Positions 35,851 through 49,700 of a stretch of DNA of 64,000 nucleotides are shown piece by piece (the first letter of the stretch is position 1; every line of letters starts with the position of its first letter). Made by a program: the position numbers and the translations under genes. The stretch comes from Mobula hypostoma. Lineage: Eukaryota. The DNA lies in the NCBI RefSeq assembly GCF_963921235.1, contig NC_086109.1, positions 1,364,001-1,428,000 on the forward strand. Reading direction: 5' to 3'. Below the pieces are notes generated by a model. The model was not told where the DNA came from, made no database searches, and saw only the letters and a program-made list of their open reading frames with translations.

Positions 35851-36575
35851 TCCTAAAATGCTGGTGAACGCAGCAGGCTAGGCAGCATCTATAGGAAGAG
35901 GTATAGTTGATGTTTCGGGCCGAGACCCTTCGTCAAGACTAACTGAAAGAGGAGATAGTAAGAGATTTGAAAGTGGGAGGGGGAGGGGAGACCCGAAATG
36001 ATAGGAGAAGGCAGGTGGGGGAGGGATGGAGCTAAGAGCTGGGAAGTTGATTGGCAAAAGGGATACGAGGCAGGAGAAAGGAGAGGATCACGGGACGGGA
36101 GGCCAAAAGAGAAAGAAAGGGGGAGGGGAGCACCAGAGGAAGATGGAGAACAGGTAAGGAGTTATTGTGAGAGGGTAGGAGAGAGAGATAAATAAATAAA
36201 TAAACAGATAGATAGATAGATAAATAAACAAACAAACAAACAAATAAATAAATAAGGGATGGGGTAAGAAGGGGAGGTGGGGCATAAGCGGAAGTTAGAG
36301 AAGTCAATGTTCATGCCATCAGGTTGGAGGCTACCCAGATGGAATATAAGGTGTTGTTCCTCCAACCTGAGTGTGGCTTCATCTTTACAGTAGAGGAGGC
36401 CGTGGATAGACATGTCAGAATGGGAATGGGATGTGGAATTAAAATGTGTGGCCACTGGGAGATCCTGCTTTCTCTGGCGGACAGAGCATAGGTGTTCAGC
36501 AAAACGGTCTCCCAGCCTGCGTCGGGTCTCGCCAATATATAGAAGGCCGCATCGGGAGCACCGGAGACACAGCAC
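35851..36575 (-). mobile_element. Penelope-like element 3' part: GIY-YIG endonuclease + terminal repeat
   Basis: CLRCSRCGLLYIGETRRRLGDRFAEHL...VATHFN...LEEQHLIFHLGSLQPDGMNIDFSNFR; contains a compound (ATAA/GATA/CAAA)n microsatellite at ~36185-36255. Confidence 0.9.
35904..35941 (-). ncRNA. Degenerate minimal type-I hammerhead ribozyme motif of the Penelope terminal repeat
   Basis: Minus strand TAGTC-TTGACGA-A-GGG-TCTCGG-CCC-GAAA-C-ATC-AACTA: core CUGANGA/GAAA with C3->U, stem II GGG/CCC, imperfect stem I; probably inactive. Confidence 0.6.
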
Positions 36576-36599
36576 GGGACAGTGGGGAGGGTGAAGGGG

Positions 36600-37780
36600 T
36601 CAGTGTACTCACCTCCAGAGAATGGAGGAAGATAGCATATAGGGAGAGAGCGGAGATAGCAGATGGAGAGAGAGTGGAGGGAGAGAGTGCAGCGGCGAAA
36701 GAGTGGAGGGAGAGAGTGTAGTGGAGAGAGAGTGGAGGGAGAGAGTGTAGCGGAGATAGAGTGGAGGGAGAGAGTGTAGCGGCGAGAGCAGGAGAAAGAG
36801 GAGGTGGTGAACGGATGGGAAAGATGGGGAAGGAAGGATGGGTAAGAGAGAAGGTGAGAAGACGGGTGTATATGGAAGGAGAAAGAATATTCTGAAATGT
36901 AGAGGGATCAAAAGCGTGGAGAGAGCAGGGGGTGGAGATTAAATATGGAAGAAATAGGAGGGGAAAGGCAGGCAAGGAGGAAGGGGAGACGAGGGGAAAG
37001 AGGGGGTAAGCGATGGGGAGTTTGGAATTGAGTGGGACAGATAGATGAAAGAGAATTGGTAAATGGGATAGAGGAGGCTGAAAGAGGTGGACAAGAGAAA
37101 GGGAGGGAAGCAGACAGTGATGGCCTGGAGATGGAGGGGAAGGAGTAGAGAGGGGGGCATGGAGAGGGCTGGAGATAGTGGGAGGGAGAGACAGAGAGAA
37201 GGAAGATGGGGGGATAGAGGAAAGCAGAGGGAGAGGTAGTGGAAAGAGATAGGATAGAAGTTGTGAAGGGAGAAAGGATGAAAATGGAGAGTAGCCATGC
37301 TGAGAGATGAGATGAAGAAGTGGGATAGAGAGGAGTGGTGATGAGCAGTGAAAGACCAAGAGGAACGGGAGTCAGATGGGTTGGAGAGATGGAGCAGAGA
37401 GAGTGAAAGAGAGGAAGTGAGATGGGAACAGAGAACTGAGTAGGAGGTAGGAGAGATAGAGAGGAGGAGGGAGGTTTGTAATGGAGTGGGAGGAAGACAG
37501 TAGAGGAAGAAGGGAAGAGTGTGGAGGAGAGCAGGCTAGAAAGTAGAGTTGGAGAAATAAGAGGGAAGAATACCAGGATAGAGTGTGGCAGAGAGAAGAT
37601 GGGAGGGTGAGCAAGATGAAGAAGGGAGGTGGATAACCGGATAGAGAGAGAGAGGCTGATGAAGGTATGTTGGAGTGGGGTCATACTGTGGGGCAGGCAG
37701 TGTGGTACAGCAGAGAGGGTGGCCTTTGGGGGTTGAGAGAGCGGGAGATGTAGATGAGGAGGGAGTGAGTGGCGAGGTGA
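36600..37780. repeat. Purine-rich (GA) low-complexity tract upstream of gene 2 exon 1
   Basis: G/A strand bias with local gagagtggagggagagagtgtag repeats. Confidence 0.85.
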
Positions 37781-37882
37781 CAGAACGGGAGCTGGGTGGC
37801 TATCATGGGAATTCTCTTCCTGCTCATTTCCTGACTCTTTCCAATAATATCTAAGCCTCCAGACTGCCAGAAGAGCTTCAAG

Positions 37883-37949
37883 ATGTGGAAGTTCTCCATT
37901 AGGATGGTCCCCTCCCTACTTAGTGTTGTCATCTGCGCCATCTATGTGG
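37883..37949 (+). CDS. CD2/SLAM-family gene 2, exon 1 (signal peptide MWKFSIRMVPSLLSVVICAIYV)
   Basis: ATG in AAGATG context, hydrophobic core, phase-1 donor G|GTAAG at 37950; same length as gene 1 exon 1. Confidence 0.88.
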
Positions 37950-38743
37950 GTAAGTTCAGACTATGAGGATTAACAGGGATACATGTGTGAGGCTCCTCTG
38001 GGGCTTGGTTCACACAAATGTCTTCCAAACAACTGTTGTCACTATTTGACTCTGCGAGAGAAATTACTGTCCTCTCCATTCCTCCCTCCTCCATCAATCC
38101 CACTCTAGCTCCTTCTCTTCCTCCATTCAACACACTCCCTTCCATCAAATGTTTCACTCACCCCTCACCCTTTGAGACCCACCTCACTGCACCCTGACAC
38201 CAGCTCCCCAAACCACAGGGTCTCTGAGTGTTCAGACACATCAGCCCTCTGAGGGATAAAATTAAAATTAACTGCAATTCCCATTTGTGCTCAGGATGAG
38301 ACACGACACTCACAACAGTCCACTTAGCACAGTTTGAAAGTACTTGTGGGTTACAGTGAAGTGATGGACTCGGTCCCATGTCAGGCTGGTGAAGAAAGTA
38401 AAGCCCCCTGGGACCGAGGGGTAGGGAGATTGGACAAACGGGGTTGGGTGGATGGGTGTTTGTATGACTGGAGAGGGGTCTACAGTGTTGAGCCCCATCA
38501 GTCACCTGTTGCAGACAGCAATGGTTTAGAGCTGAATGTGGAGATGTTTGCTCAGAACTTGTCTCTGTGCATGGCAGTGAGCAGGTGAGAGTTGCCCAGG
38601 TAGCAGAGAGATGGAATGGAGATGGTGTGGTCAGGTAGTCAAGGAAACGAGGGGAACCTGCACTACTCCCCTGTCCCTGCTGCTCTTATTGATCCCCGTG
38701 AGAGAGTGGTGAGTTTGGGCCATGCTACAGGAGTAGTCTGGGT

Positions 38744-38940
38744 GAGTAACTGAGTTTGTGATTGACTGTCGGAGAAGACGGGATGAGTAACTCAGTTTGT
38801 GATTGGCTGTCGGAGTAGACGGGATGAGTAAGAGTTTGTGATTGGTTGTCGGAGTAGCCAGGGTGAGTAACTTAGTTTGTGATTGGCTGTCGGAGAAGAT
38901 GGGATGATTAACTCAGTTTGTGATGGGCTGTCGGTGTAGT
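38744..38940. repeat. 41-bp tandem repeat, 5 copies
   Basis: gagtaactcagtttgtgattggctgtcggagtagacgggat; units start at 38744, 38785, 38826, 38865 and 38906. Confidence 0.9.
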
Positions 38941-38949
38941 TGTTTTGTA

Positions 38950-39640
38950 GATGGTGCACACTGTGTGGGCCTGATATTTTATCTATTACTGAAATATGCC
39001 TGAAAGACGAGCAAGACTGGAAGCTCAATGTTCTGGAGTACAGGGACTTCCAGCATGGTCAAAGAGGGGACAAGAGAAGAGTGGGTGTTACAGTACCGTT
39101 GTGGGAGAACACCACAGCAGTACTTAAAGAGGATATTCCAGGAGACCATCCACCAAGGCTGTATGGATCAATTTTAGAAATGAGAAGCAGTTAATTGCTC
39201 AGCAGGGATTATACTGTGTGATAGGTCCCCTTACAGTCAGCAGGAATTAGAGGACCAAATAGGTAGGGAGACTGTAGGTACAATAGCTGCAACACCAGTA
39301 TTAATGGGCGATTTAATCTTCTCTAATTTTGACTGGGAATGCCACAGCAGTAAGAAATTAAAAGGAGCAGAATTTGTTAATGGGAAGGTTAATTAGCAAA
39401 GACTTTTAGTGAGCGTGCGGTTGTCTGGCAAGTAAGAGACTGTTAACAGGAGACAGGGGGTGTTCAGGGCCAACATGTTCCTGTTCTACTGAAAGGCAAG
39501 TCTTGCAGGATTAAAGAATCCTGGAGAGATATGGGGACTCAGCTCAGGGACGAGTGTATGCCAAGTGTAAGCAACTGGGATCAAACAGTCCCCCGATTAG
39601 TGCAGGGCAAGTCCAAATTCACAAAAGCACAAGGAAAATA
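38950..39640 (+). mobile_element. Decayed CR1 endonuclease remnant
   Basis: DILSITEICLKDEQDWKLNV and MGDFN-like segments. Confidence 0.6.
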
Positions 39641-39644
39641 TTTC

Positions 39645-41830
39645 ACAAGACCATAAGACATAGGAGCGGAATTAGGCCATTGCCCATCAAGTCTCTCTGC
39701 CATTCAATCATGCTGATCCATTTTCCTTCTCAGCCCCAATCTACTGAGTTCTCCCCGTATCCCTTCACGCCCTAACCAACCAAGAATGTATCCACCTCTG
39801 CCTTAAATAAACACACAGAAATGGCCTCCACAGCTGCCTGTGGCAACAAATTCCACAGGTTCCCACTCTCTGGCTAAAGGAATTCCTCCTCACCTGATTC
39901 TAAAAGGACGCCCCTCTGAGGCTGTGTCCTCTGGTCTTAGACTCTCCCACCATAGAAAACATCCTCTCCACATCCACTCTGTCAAGGCCTTTCACCATTC
40001 GACAGGTTTCAACGAGGTCACCCCTCATTCTTCTGAATTCTAGTGAATACAGGCCCAGAGCCATCAAGCACCACTCATCAGACAGACTGTTCAAACCTGG
40101 AATCATTTTTGTGAATCTCCTTTGAACCCGCTCCAGTTTCAGCACATCCTTTCGAAGATAAGGAGCCCAAAACTGCTCACAGTACTCCAAGTGAGGCATC
40201 ACCAGTACTTTATAAAGCCTCAACAATACATCCTTGCTTTTACAATATATTCTTGTCTTCTTGAAATGAATGCTAACCACATTTGCCTTCCACACCACAG
40301 ACACAACTTGCAAATTAACCTTTAGGGAATCCTGCACAAACACTCCTAGGTCCTTTTGCACCACAGTTTTTTGTATTTTCTCTCCATTTAGAAAATAGTC
40401 AACCATAAGACCATAAGATATAGGAGCAGAAGTAGGCCATTCAGCTCATCAGTCTGCTCCACCATTCAATCATGGGCTGATCTAATTCTTCCAGTCATCT
40501 CTATTCTCCTGTTTTCACCCCATACCCTTTGATGCCCTGGCTAATCAAGAACCTACCTATCTCGGTCTTAAATACACCTAGATGACTTGGCCTCCACAGC
40601 CACTCGTGGCAAAAAATTCCACAGATTTACCACCCTCTGACTAAAGTAATTTTTCCGCATCTCAGTTCTAAGAGGACGTCCTTCAACCCTGAAGTCGTGT
40701 CCTCTTGTCCTAGAATCCCCTACCGTGGGAAATAACTTTGCCATATCTAATCTGTTCAGGCCTTTTAACATTTGGAATGTCTCTATGAGATTCCCCCCTC
40801 ATTCTCCTGAACTTCAAGGAATACAGCCCAGGAGATGCCAGATGTTCCTCATATGGTAACCCTTTCATTCCCAGGATCATTCTTGTGAATCTTCTCTGAA
40901 CCCTCTCCAATGTCAGTATATCCCTTCTAAAATAAGGAGCCCAAAACTGCACACAGTACTCCAAGTGTGGTCACACGAGTGCCTTATAGAGCCTCAACAT
41001 CACATTCCTGCTCTTATATTCTATCCCTCTAGAAATAAATGCCAACATTGCATTTGCCTTCTTCATAAGCGACTCAACCTAGAGGTTAACCTTTAGGGTA
41101 TCCTGCACAAGGACTCCCAAGTCCCTTTGAATCTCTGCATTTTCAATTCCCTCCCCATCCAAATAATAGTCTGCCCATTTATTTCTTCCACCAAAATGCA
41201 TGATCATACATTTTCCAACATTGTATTTCATTTGCCACATCTTTGCCCATTCCCCTAAACTATCTAAGTCTCTCTGTTTCCTCAACACTACCCACTCCTC
41301 CACCTATCTTTGTATCATCAGCAAATTTAGCCACAAGTCCATTAAACCCATAGTCCAAATCATTGACATACATCGAAAAAAACAGCAGTCCCAACACCAA
41401 CCCCTGTGGAACTCCACTGGCAACCAGCAGCCAGCCAGAATAGGATCCCTTTATTCCCACTCTCTGTTTTCTGCCAACCAGCCAATGCTCCACCCACGCT
41501 AGTAACTTCCCTGTAATTCCATGTGCTCTTATCTTGCTAAGCAGCCTCATGTGCAGCACCTTGTCAAAGCCTTCTGAAAATTCAAGTACACCACATCTAC
41601 TGCATCTCCTTTGTCTACCCTGCTTGTAATTTCCTCAAAGAATTGCAGTAGGTTAGTCAGACAGGAGTTTCCTTTCTGGAAACCATACTGGCTTCAGCCT
41701 ATTCTGTCATGTGTCTCCAGGTACGCCATAATCTCATCCCAAACAATCGATTCCAACAACTTCACAACCGCTGATGTCAGGCTCACAGGTCTATAGTTTC
41801 CTTTCTGCTGCCTCCTACCCTTTAATTTCT
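39645..41830 (-). mobile_element. Two adjacent minus-strand CR1 RT fragments (tails at ~39650 and ~40405)
   Basis: ORFs 39900-40406, 40568-40771, 40710-40964, 41079-41303 and 41260-41559 are CR1 RT; two (accataag)n tails. Confidence 0.9.
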
Positions 41831-42079
41831 TCTACTAGGGTGCATGACCATACGCTTCCTGACACTGTATTCCATCTGCCTCTTCCTAATCTGTTTAGAT
41901 CCTTCTGTAGGTCTAGTGAAGTGAAGAGCTAGTACACATACAATGTTGAAATAACAATTGGAGCAGTAAATCAATAGGGCAGGTTTAGAGTGACTTGGGA
42001 TGCCATGGACACATGCCTCCTGCTTAAACAGCGACCATACTCAACAGCGTTCCAGCAGAGGTCTGACACTGTGATCCAT

Positions 42080-43440
42080 TGAAGTCAGAATCAGAATTGG
42101 GTTTATTGTCACCGGCATGTGACGGGAAATTTGTTAACTTAGGAGCAGCAGTTCAATGCACTACATAATCTAGCAGAGAGAGAAAATAATAATAATAATA
42201 ATAAAATAAAACATAATAAATAAACAAGTAAATCAATTAAGTATATTGAATAGATTTTTTTAAATGTGCAAAAACAGAAATACCGTATATTAAAAAAGCT
42301 TCGATGTCCATTTAGGAATTGGATGGCAGAGAGGAAGAAGCTGTTCCTGAATCACTGAGTGTGTGCCTTCAGGCTTCTGTACCTCCCACCTGATGGTAAC
42401 AGTGAGAAAAGGGCATGCCCTGGGTGCTGGAGGTCCTTAATAATGGACACTGCCTTTCTGAGACACCGCTCCCTGAAGATGTCCTGGGTACTTTGTACCC
42501 AAGATGGAGCTGACTAGATTTACAACCATCTGCAGCTTCTTTCGGTCCTGTGCAGTGGCCCCTCCATACCAGACAGTGATGCAGCCTGTCAGAATGCTCT
42601 CCACGGTACAACTATAAAAGATTTTGAGTGTATTTGTTGACATGCCAAATGTCTTCAAACTCCTTTTCTTTTCCAATATCTTTTATTGATTTCTATGTTG
42701 AAGAACACAGAGTCCAAGAGAATACATATTATAAAACAAAAGAAAAAATATAATACCGATTACAGTATAATGAATTAAATTAATGAACTCCTTACTCTAA
42801 ATTCATATAGATTAGATTAATTTGTGTATTAGAATATAAACAATTTTATTTAAAAAAAAAAGAGATCTACACACACTGCCAAAGTCAAAGCTGTTTGGGA
42901 AAAAAAACTTATCAGATAATAAAATATGCTATTAACCAACTTCTGTATTTTAACAAGAAGTCAAAGAGCATGAAAATAATTTAAAAACAGCCCTCACAAA
43001 TTTTGCAAATCTTGGTTAGATTCAGAAATTGAACAATTTCTAAATTTAGGCATGCCATAACATCCCGTAACCACTGAGCATGATTAGGCGGAACAGCACC
43101 CTTCCATTTAAACAAAAGCGTCCTCCTAGCCATAACAGAGATAAAAGACAGAATGTGCAGATGAGATTCTTCAAAATGATATCTTCCCTTCCAACAATAC
43201 CAAATAGGGCAGTCAAAGGATCAGGATTAAAATTTACTTTGAATAGTACAGAAAAAGTTTGGACTACTTCCTTCCAATATTTTCCCAATAAAATACTAAT
43301 AAAGTTTTGCCGCTGTCTTGCCTTCTTTATGACTAGATCAATATGTTGGGACCAGATTAGATCCTCAGAGATCTTGATGCCCTGGAACTTGAAGCTGCTC
43401 ACTCTCTCCACTTCTGATCCCTCTATGAGGATTGGTCAGT
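42080..43440 (-). mobile_element. Rex1-type RT 3' end interrupted by an L1/Tx1-like 3' fragment (~42662-43295)
   Basis: ERVSSFKFQGIKISEDLIWSQHID...KKARQR resumes as TLKIFYSCTVESILTGCITVWYG; the insert encodes MARRTLLFKWKGAVPPNHAQWLRDVMAC with an A-rich tail. Confidence 0.75.
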
Positions 43441-43767
43441 CTGCTTCATGGCACAGCAACAGTGTTTCACTGATTTATTGGAGTCCGTTGTACAAGTAAC
43501 ATGGCAACAGTTAAAGAAGGACCAGAAATGACGACGTTTCTAGAGGGCCTGTTACAAGGAGAATCATCAAAGTTTATTGTTGAAAAAAAGCACATAACAC
43601 AGATGTATCATGTTGGTGTGGATCAATGTTTGGTTGGTGAACAGGAAACAGAGAAGTACTGTAGGTGTAAATAGGGTGCTCCGGGCCGGTGAGATGTAGC
43701 CTGTGCAGTGCAATAGCTGAAAAGCCCAAAACCTCAACTATCCTGAAAAACAAGGACTAAGTGTCAC

Positions 43768-46700
43768 TGCCTCTACACTGTCCCATCACACACTCCCTCT
43801 ACACTGTCCCATCACACACTCCCTCTACACTGTCCCATCACACCCTCCCTCTACACTGTCCCGTCACACACTACCAGGACACGGGTCAGACACAGAGTGA
43901 AGCTCCCTCTACAGTGTCCCATCACACACTCCCAGGACACGGGTCAGACACAGAGTGAAGCTCCCTCTACACTGTCCCATCACACACTCCCAGGACACGG
44001 GTCAGACACAGAGTGAAGCTCCCTCTACACTGTCCCATCACACACTCCCAGGACACGGGACAGACACAGAGTGAAACTCCCTCTACATTGTCCCATCACA
44101 CACTCCCAGGAAACGGGTCAGACACAGAGTGAAACTCCCTCTACATTGTCCCATCACACACTCCCAGGAAACGGGTCAGACACAGAATGAAGCTCCCTCT
44201 ACACTGTCCCATCACACACTCCCAGGACAGGGGTCAGACGCAGAGTGAAGCTCCCGCTACACTGTCCCATCACACACTCCCAGGACACGGGACAGACACA
44301 GAGTGAAGCTCCCTCTACACTGACCCATCACACACTCCCAGGGCACGGGTCAGACACAGAGCGAAGCTCCCTCTACACTGTCCCATCACACACTCCAAGG
44401 ACACGGGTCAGACACAGAGTGAAGCTCCCTCTACACTGTCCCATCACACACTCCCAGGGCACGGGTCAGACACAGAGTGAAGCTCCCTCTACACTGTCCG
44501 ATCACACACTGCAAGGACACGGGTCAGGCACAGAGTGAAACTCCCTCTACAGTGTCCTATCACACATTCCCAGGGTACTGGTCAGACACAGAGTGAAACT
44601 CCCTCTACACTGTCCCATCACACACTCCCAGGACACGGGTCAGACACAGAGTGAAGCTCCATCTACACTGCCCAATCACACACTCCCAGGACACGGGTCA
44701 GACACACAGTGAAGCTCCCATAACACGGTCCCATCACACACTCCCAGGACACGGGTCAGACACAGAGTGAAACTCCCTCTATACTGTCCCATCACAGACT
44801 CCCAGGACACGGGTCAGACGCAGAGTGAAACTCCCTCTAGACTCTCCCATCACACACTCCCAGGGTCAGACACAGAATGAAACTCCCTCTACACTATCTC
44901 ATCACACACTCCCAGGACACGGGTCAGACACAGAGTGAAGCTCCCACTGCACTGTCCCATCACACACTCCCAGGACACGGGTCAGACACAGAGTGAAACT
45001 CCCTCTACATTGTCCAATCACACACTCCCAGGAAACGGGTCAGACACAGAGTGAAACTCCCTCTACATTGTCCCATCACACACTCCCAGGAAACGGGTCA
45101 GACACAGAGAGAAGCTCCCCCTACAGTGTCCCATCACACACTCCCAGGACATGGGTCAGAGACAGAGTGAAACTCCCTCTACACTGTCCCATCACACACT
45201 CCCAGGACACGGGTCAGACACAGAGTGAAGCTCGCTCTACACTGTCCTATCACACACTCCCAGGACACGGGTCAGACACAGAATGAAGCTCCCTCTACAC
45301 TGTCCCATCACACACTCCCAGGACACGGGTCAGACACAGAGTGAAACTCCCTCTACATTGTCCCATCACACACTCCCAGGAAACGGGTCAGACACAGAGT
45401 GAAACTCCCTCTACATTGTCCCATCACACACTCCCAGGAAACGGGTCAGACACAGAGCGAAGCTCCCTCTACAGTGTCCCATCACACACTCCCAGGACAC
45501 GGGTCAGACACAGAGTGAAACTCCCTCTACACTGTCCCATCACACACTCCCAGGACACGGGTCAGACACAGAGTGAAACTCCCTCTACATTGTCCCATCA
45601 CACACTCCCAGGAAACGGGTCAGACACAGAGTGAAACTCCCTCTACATTGTCCCATCACACACTCCCAGGAAACGGGTCAGACACAGAGTGAAACTCCCT
45701 CTACATTGTCCCATCACACACTCCCAGGAAACGGGTCAGACACAGAGCGAAGCTCCCTCTACAGTGTCCCATCACACACTCCCAGGACACGGGACAGACA
45801 CAGAGTGAAGCTCCCTCTACACTGACCCATCACACACTCCCAGGGCACGGGTCAGACACAGAGCGAAGCTCCCTCTACACTGTCCCATCACACACTCCAA
45901 GGACACGGGTCAGACACAGAGTGAAGCTCCCTCTACACTGTCCCATCACACACTCCCAGGGCACGGGTCAGACACAGAGCGAAGCTCCCTCTACACTGTC
46001 CCATCACACACTCCCAGGACGCGGGTCAGACACAGAGTGAAGCTCCCTCTACACTGCCCAATCACACACTCCCAGGACACGGGTCAGACACACAGTGAAG
46101 CTCCCATAACACGGTCCCATCACACACTCCCAGGACACGGGTCAGACACAGAGTGAAACTCCCTCTATACTGTCCCATCACAGACTCCCAGGACACGGGT
46201 CAGACGCAGAGTGAAACTCCGTCTAGACTCTCCCATCACACACTCCCAGGGTCAGACACAGAATGAAACTCCCTCTACACTATCTCATCACACACTCCCA
46301 GGACACGGGTCAGACACAGAGTGAAGCTCCCACTGCACTGTCCCATCACACACTCCCAGGACACGGGTCAGACACAGAGTGAAACTCCCTCTACATTGTC
46401 CCATCACACACTCCCAGGAAACGGGTCAGACACAGAGTGAAACTCCCTCTACATTGTCCCATCACACACTCCCAGGAAACGGGTCAGACACAGAGCGAAG
46501 CTCCCTCTACAGTGTCCCATCACACACTCCCAGGACACGGGTCAGACACAGAGTGAAGCTCGCTCTACACTGTCCCATCACACACTCCCAGGACACGGGT
46601 CAGACACAGAGTGAAGCTCGCTCTACACTGTCCTATCACACACTCCCAGGACACGGGTCAGACACAGAATGAAGCTCCCTCTACACTGTCCCATCACACA

Positions 46701-49700
46701 CTCCCAGGACAGGGGTCAGACGCAGAGTGAAGCTCCCGCTACACTGTCCCATCACACACTCCCAGGACACGGGACAGACACAGAGTGAAGCTCCCTCTAC
46801 ACTGTCCCATCACACACTCCAAGGACACGGGTCAGACACAGAGTGAAGCTCCCTCTACACTGTCCCATCACACACTCCCAGGGCACGGGTCAGACACAGA
46901 GCGAAGCTCCCTCTACACTGTCCCATCACACACTCCCAGGACGCGGGTCAGACACAGAGTGAAGCTCCCTCTACACTGTCCGATCACACACTGCAAGGAC
47001 ACGGGTCAGGCACAGAGTGAAACTCCCTCTACAGTGTCCTATCACACATTCCCAGGGTACGGGTCAGACACAGAGTGAAACACCCTCTACACTGTCCCAT
47101 CACACACTCCCAGGACACAGGTCAGACACAGAGTGAAGCTCCATCTACACTGCCCAATCACACACTCCCAGGACACGGGTCAGACACACAGTGAAGCTCC
47201 CATAACACGGTCCCATCACACACTCCCAGGACACGGGTCAGACACAGAGTGAAACTCCCTCTATACTGTCCCATCACAGACTCCCAGGACACGGGTCAGA
47301 CGCAGAGTGAAACTCCCTCTAGACTCTCCCATCACACACTCCCAGGGTCAGACACAGAATGAAACTCCCTCTACACTATCTCATCACACACTCCCAGGAC
47401 ATGGGTCAGACACAGAGTGAAGCTCCCACTGCACTGTCCCATCACACACTCCCAGGACACGGGTCAGACACAGAGTGAAACTCCCTCTACATTGTCCCAT
47501 CACACACTCCCAGGAAATGGGTCAGACACAGAGTGAAACTCCCTCCACATTGTCCCATCACACACTCCCAGGAAACGGGTCAGACACAGAGAGAAGCTCC
47601 CCCTACAGTGTCCCATCACACACTCCCAGGACATGGGTCAGACACAGAGTGAAACTCCCTCTACACTGTCCCATCACACACTCCCAGGACACGGGTGAGA
47701 CACAGAGTGAAGCTCGCTCTACACTGTCCTATCACACACTCCCAGGACACGGGTCAGACACAGAATGAAGCTCCCTCTACACTGTCCCATCACACACTCC
47801 CAGGACACGGGTCAGACACAGAGTGAAACTCCCTCTACATTGTCCCATCACACACTCCCAGGAAACGGGTCAGACACAGAGTGAAACTCCCTCTACATTG
47901 TCCCATCACACACTCCCAGGAAACGGGTCAGACACAGAGCGAAGCTCCCTCTACAGTGTCCCATCAGACACTCCCAGGACACGGGTCAGACACAGAGTGA
48001 AGCTCCCTCTACACTGTCCCATCACACACTCCCAGGACACGGGTCAGACACAGAGTGAAGCTCCCTCTACACTGTCCCATCACACACTCCCAGGACACGG
48101 GTCAGACACAGAGTGAAACTCCCTCTACATTGTCCCATCACACACTCCCAGGAAACGGGTCAGACACAGAGTGAAACTCCCTCTACATTGTCCCATCACA
48201 CACTCCCAGGAAACGGGTCAGACACACAGTGAAGCTCCCATAACACGGTCCCATCACACACTCCCAGGACACGGGTCAGACACAGAGTGAAACTCCCTCT
48301 ATACTGTCCCATCACAGACTCCCAGGACACGGGTCAGACACAGAGTGAAACTCCCTCTAGACTCTCCCATCACACACTCCCAGGGTCAGACACAGAATGA
48401 AACTCCCTCTACACTATCTCATCACACACTCCCAGGACACGGGTCAGACACAGAGTGAAGCTCCCTCTGCACTGTCCCATCACACACTCCCAGGACACGG
48501 GTCAGACACAGAGTGAAACTCCCCCTACATTGTCCCATCACACACTCCCAGGAAACGGGTCAGACACAGAGTGAAACTCCCTCTACATTGTCCCATCACA
48601 CACTCCCAGGAAACGGGTCAGACACAGAGTGAAACTCCCTCTACATTGTCCCATCACACACTCCCAGGAAACGGGTGAGACACAGAGCGAAGCTCCCCCT
48701 ACAGTGTCCCATCACACACTCCCAGGACATGGGTCAGACACAGAGTGAAACTCCCTCTACACTGTCCCATCACACACTCCCAGGACACGGGTCAGACACA
48801 GAGTGAAGCTCGCTCTACACTGTCCTATCACACACTCCCAGGACACGGGTCAGACACAGAATGAAGCTCCCTCTACACTGTCCCATCACACACTCCCAGG
48901 ACACGGGTTAGACACAGAGTAAAACTCCCTCTACATTGTCCCATCACACACTCCCAGGAAACGGGTCAGACACAGAGTGAAACTCCCTCTACATTGTCCC
49001 ATCACACACTCCCAGGAAACGGGTCAGACACAGAGCGAAGCTCCCTCTACAGTGTCCCATCACACACTCCCAGGACACGGGTCAGACACAGAGTGAAGCT
49101 CGCTCTACACTGTCCCATCACACACTCCCAGGACACGGGTCAGACACAGAGTGAAGCTCGCTCTACACTGTCCTATCACACACTCCCAGGACACGGGTCA
49201 GACACAGAAAGAAGCTCCCTCTACACTGTCCCATCACACACTCCCAGGACAGGGGTCAGACGCAGAGTGAAGCTCCCGCTACACTGTCCCATCACACACT
49301 CCCAGGACACGGGACAGACACAGAGTGAAGCTCCCTCTACACTGACCCATCACACACTCCCAGGGCACGGGTCAGACACAGAGCGAAGCTCCCTCTACAC
49401 TGTCCCATCACAGACTCCCAGGACACGGGTCAGACACAGAGTGAAACTCCCTCAAGACTCTCCCATCACACACTCCCAGGGTCAGACACAGAATGAAACT
49501 CCCTCTACACTATCGCATCACACACTCCCAGGACACGGGTCAGACACAGAGTGAAGCTCCCTCTGCACTGTCCCATCACACACTCCCAGGACACGGGTCA
49601 GACACAGAGTGAAACTCCCTCTACATTCTCCCATCACACACTCCCAGGAAACGGGTCAGACACAGAGTGAAACTCCCTCTACATTGTCCCATCACACACT

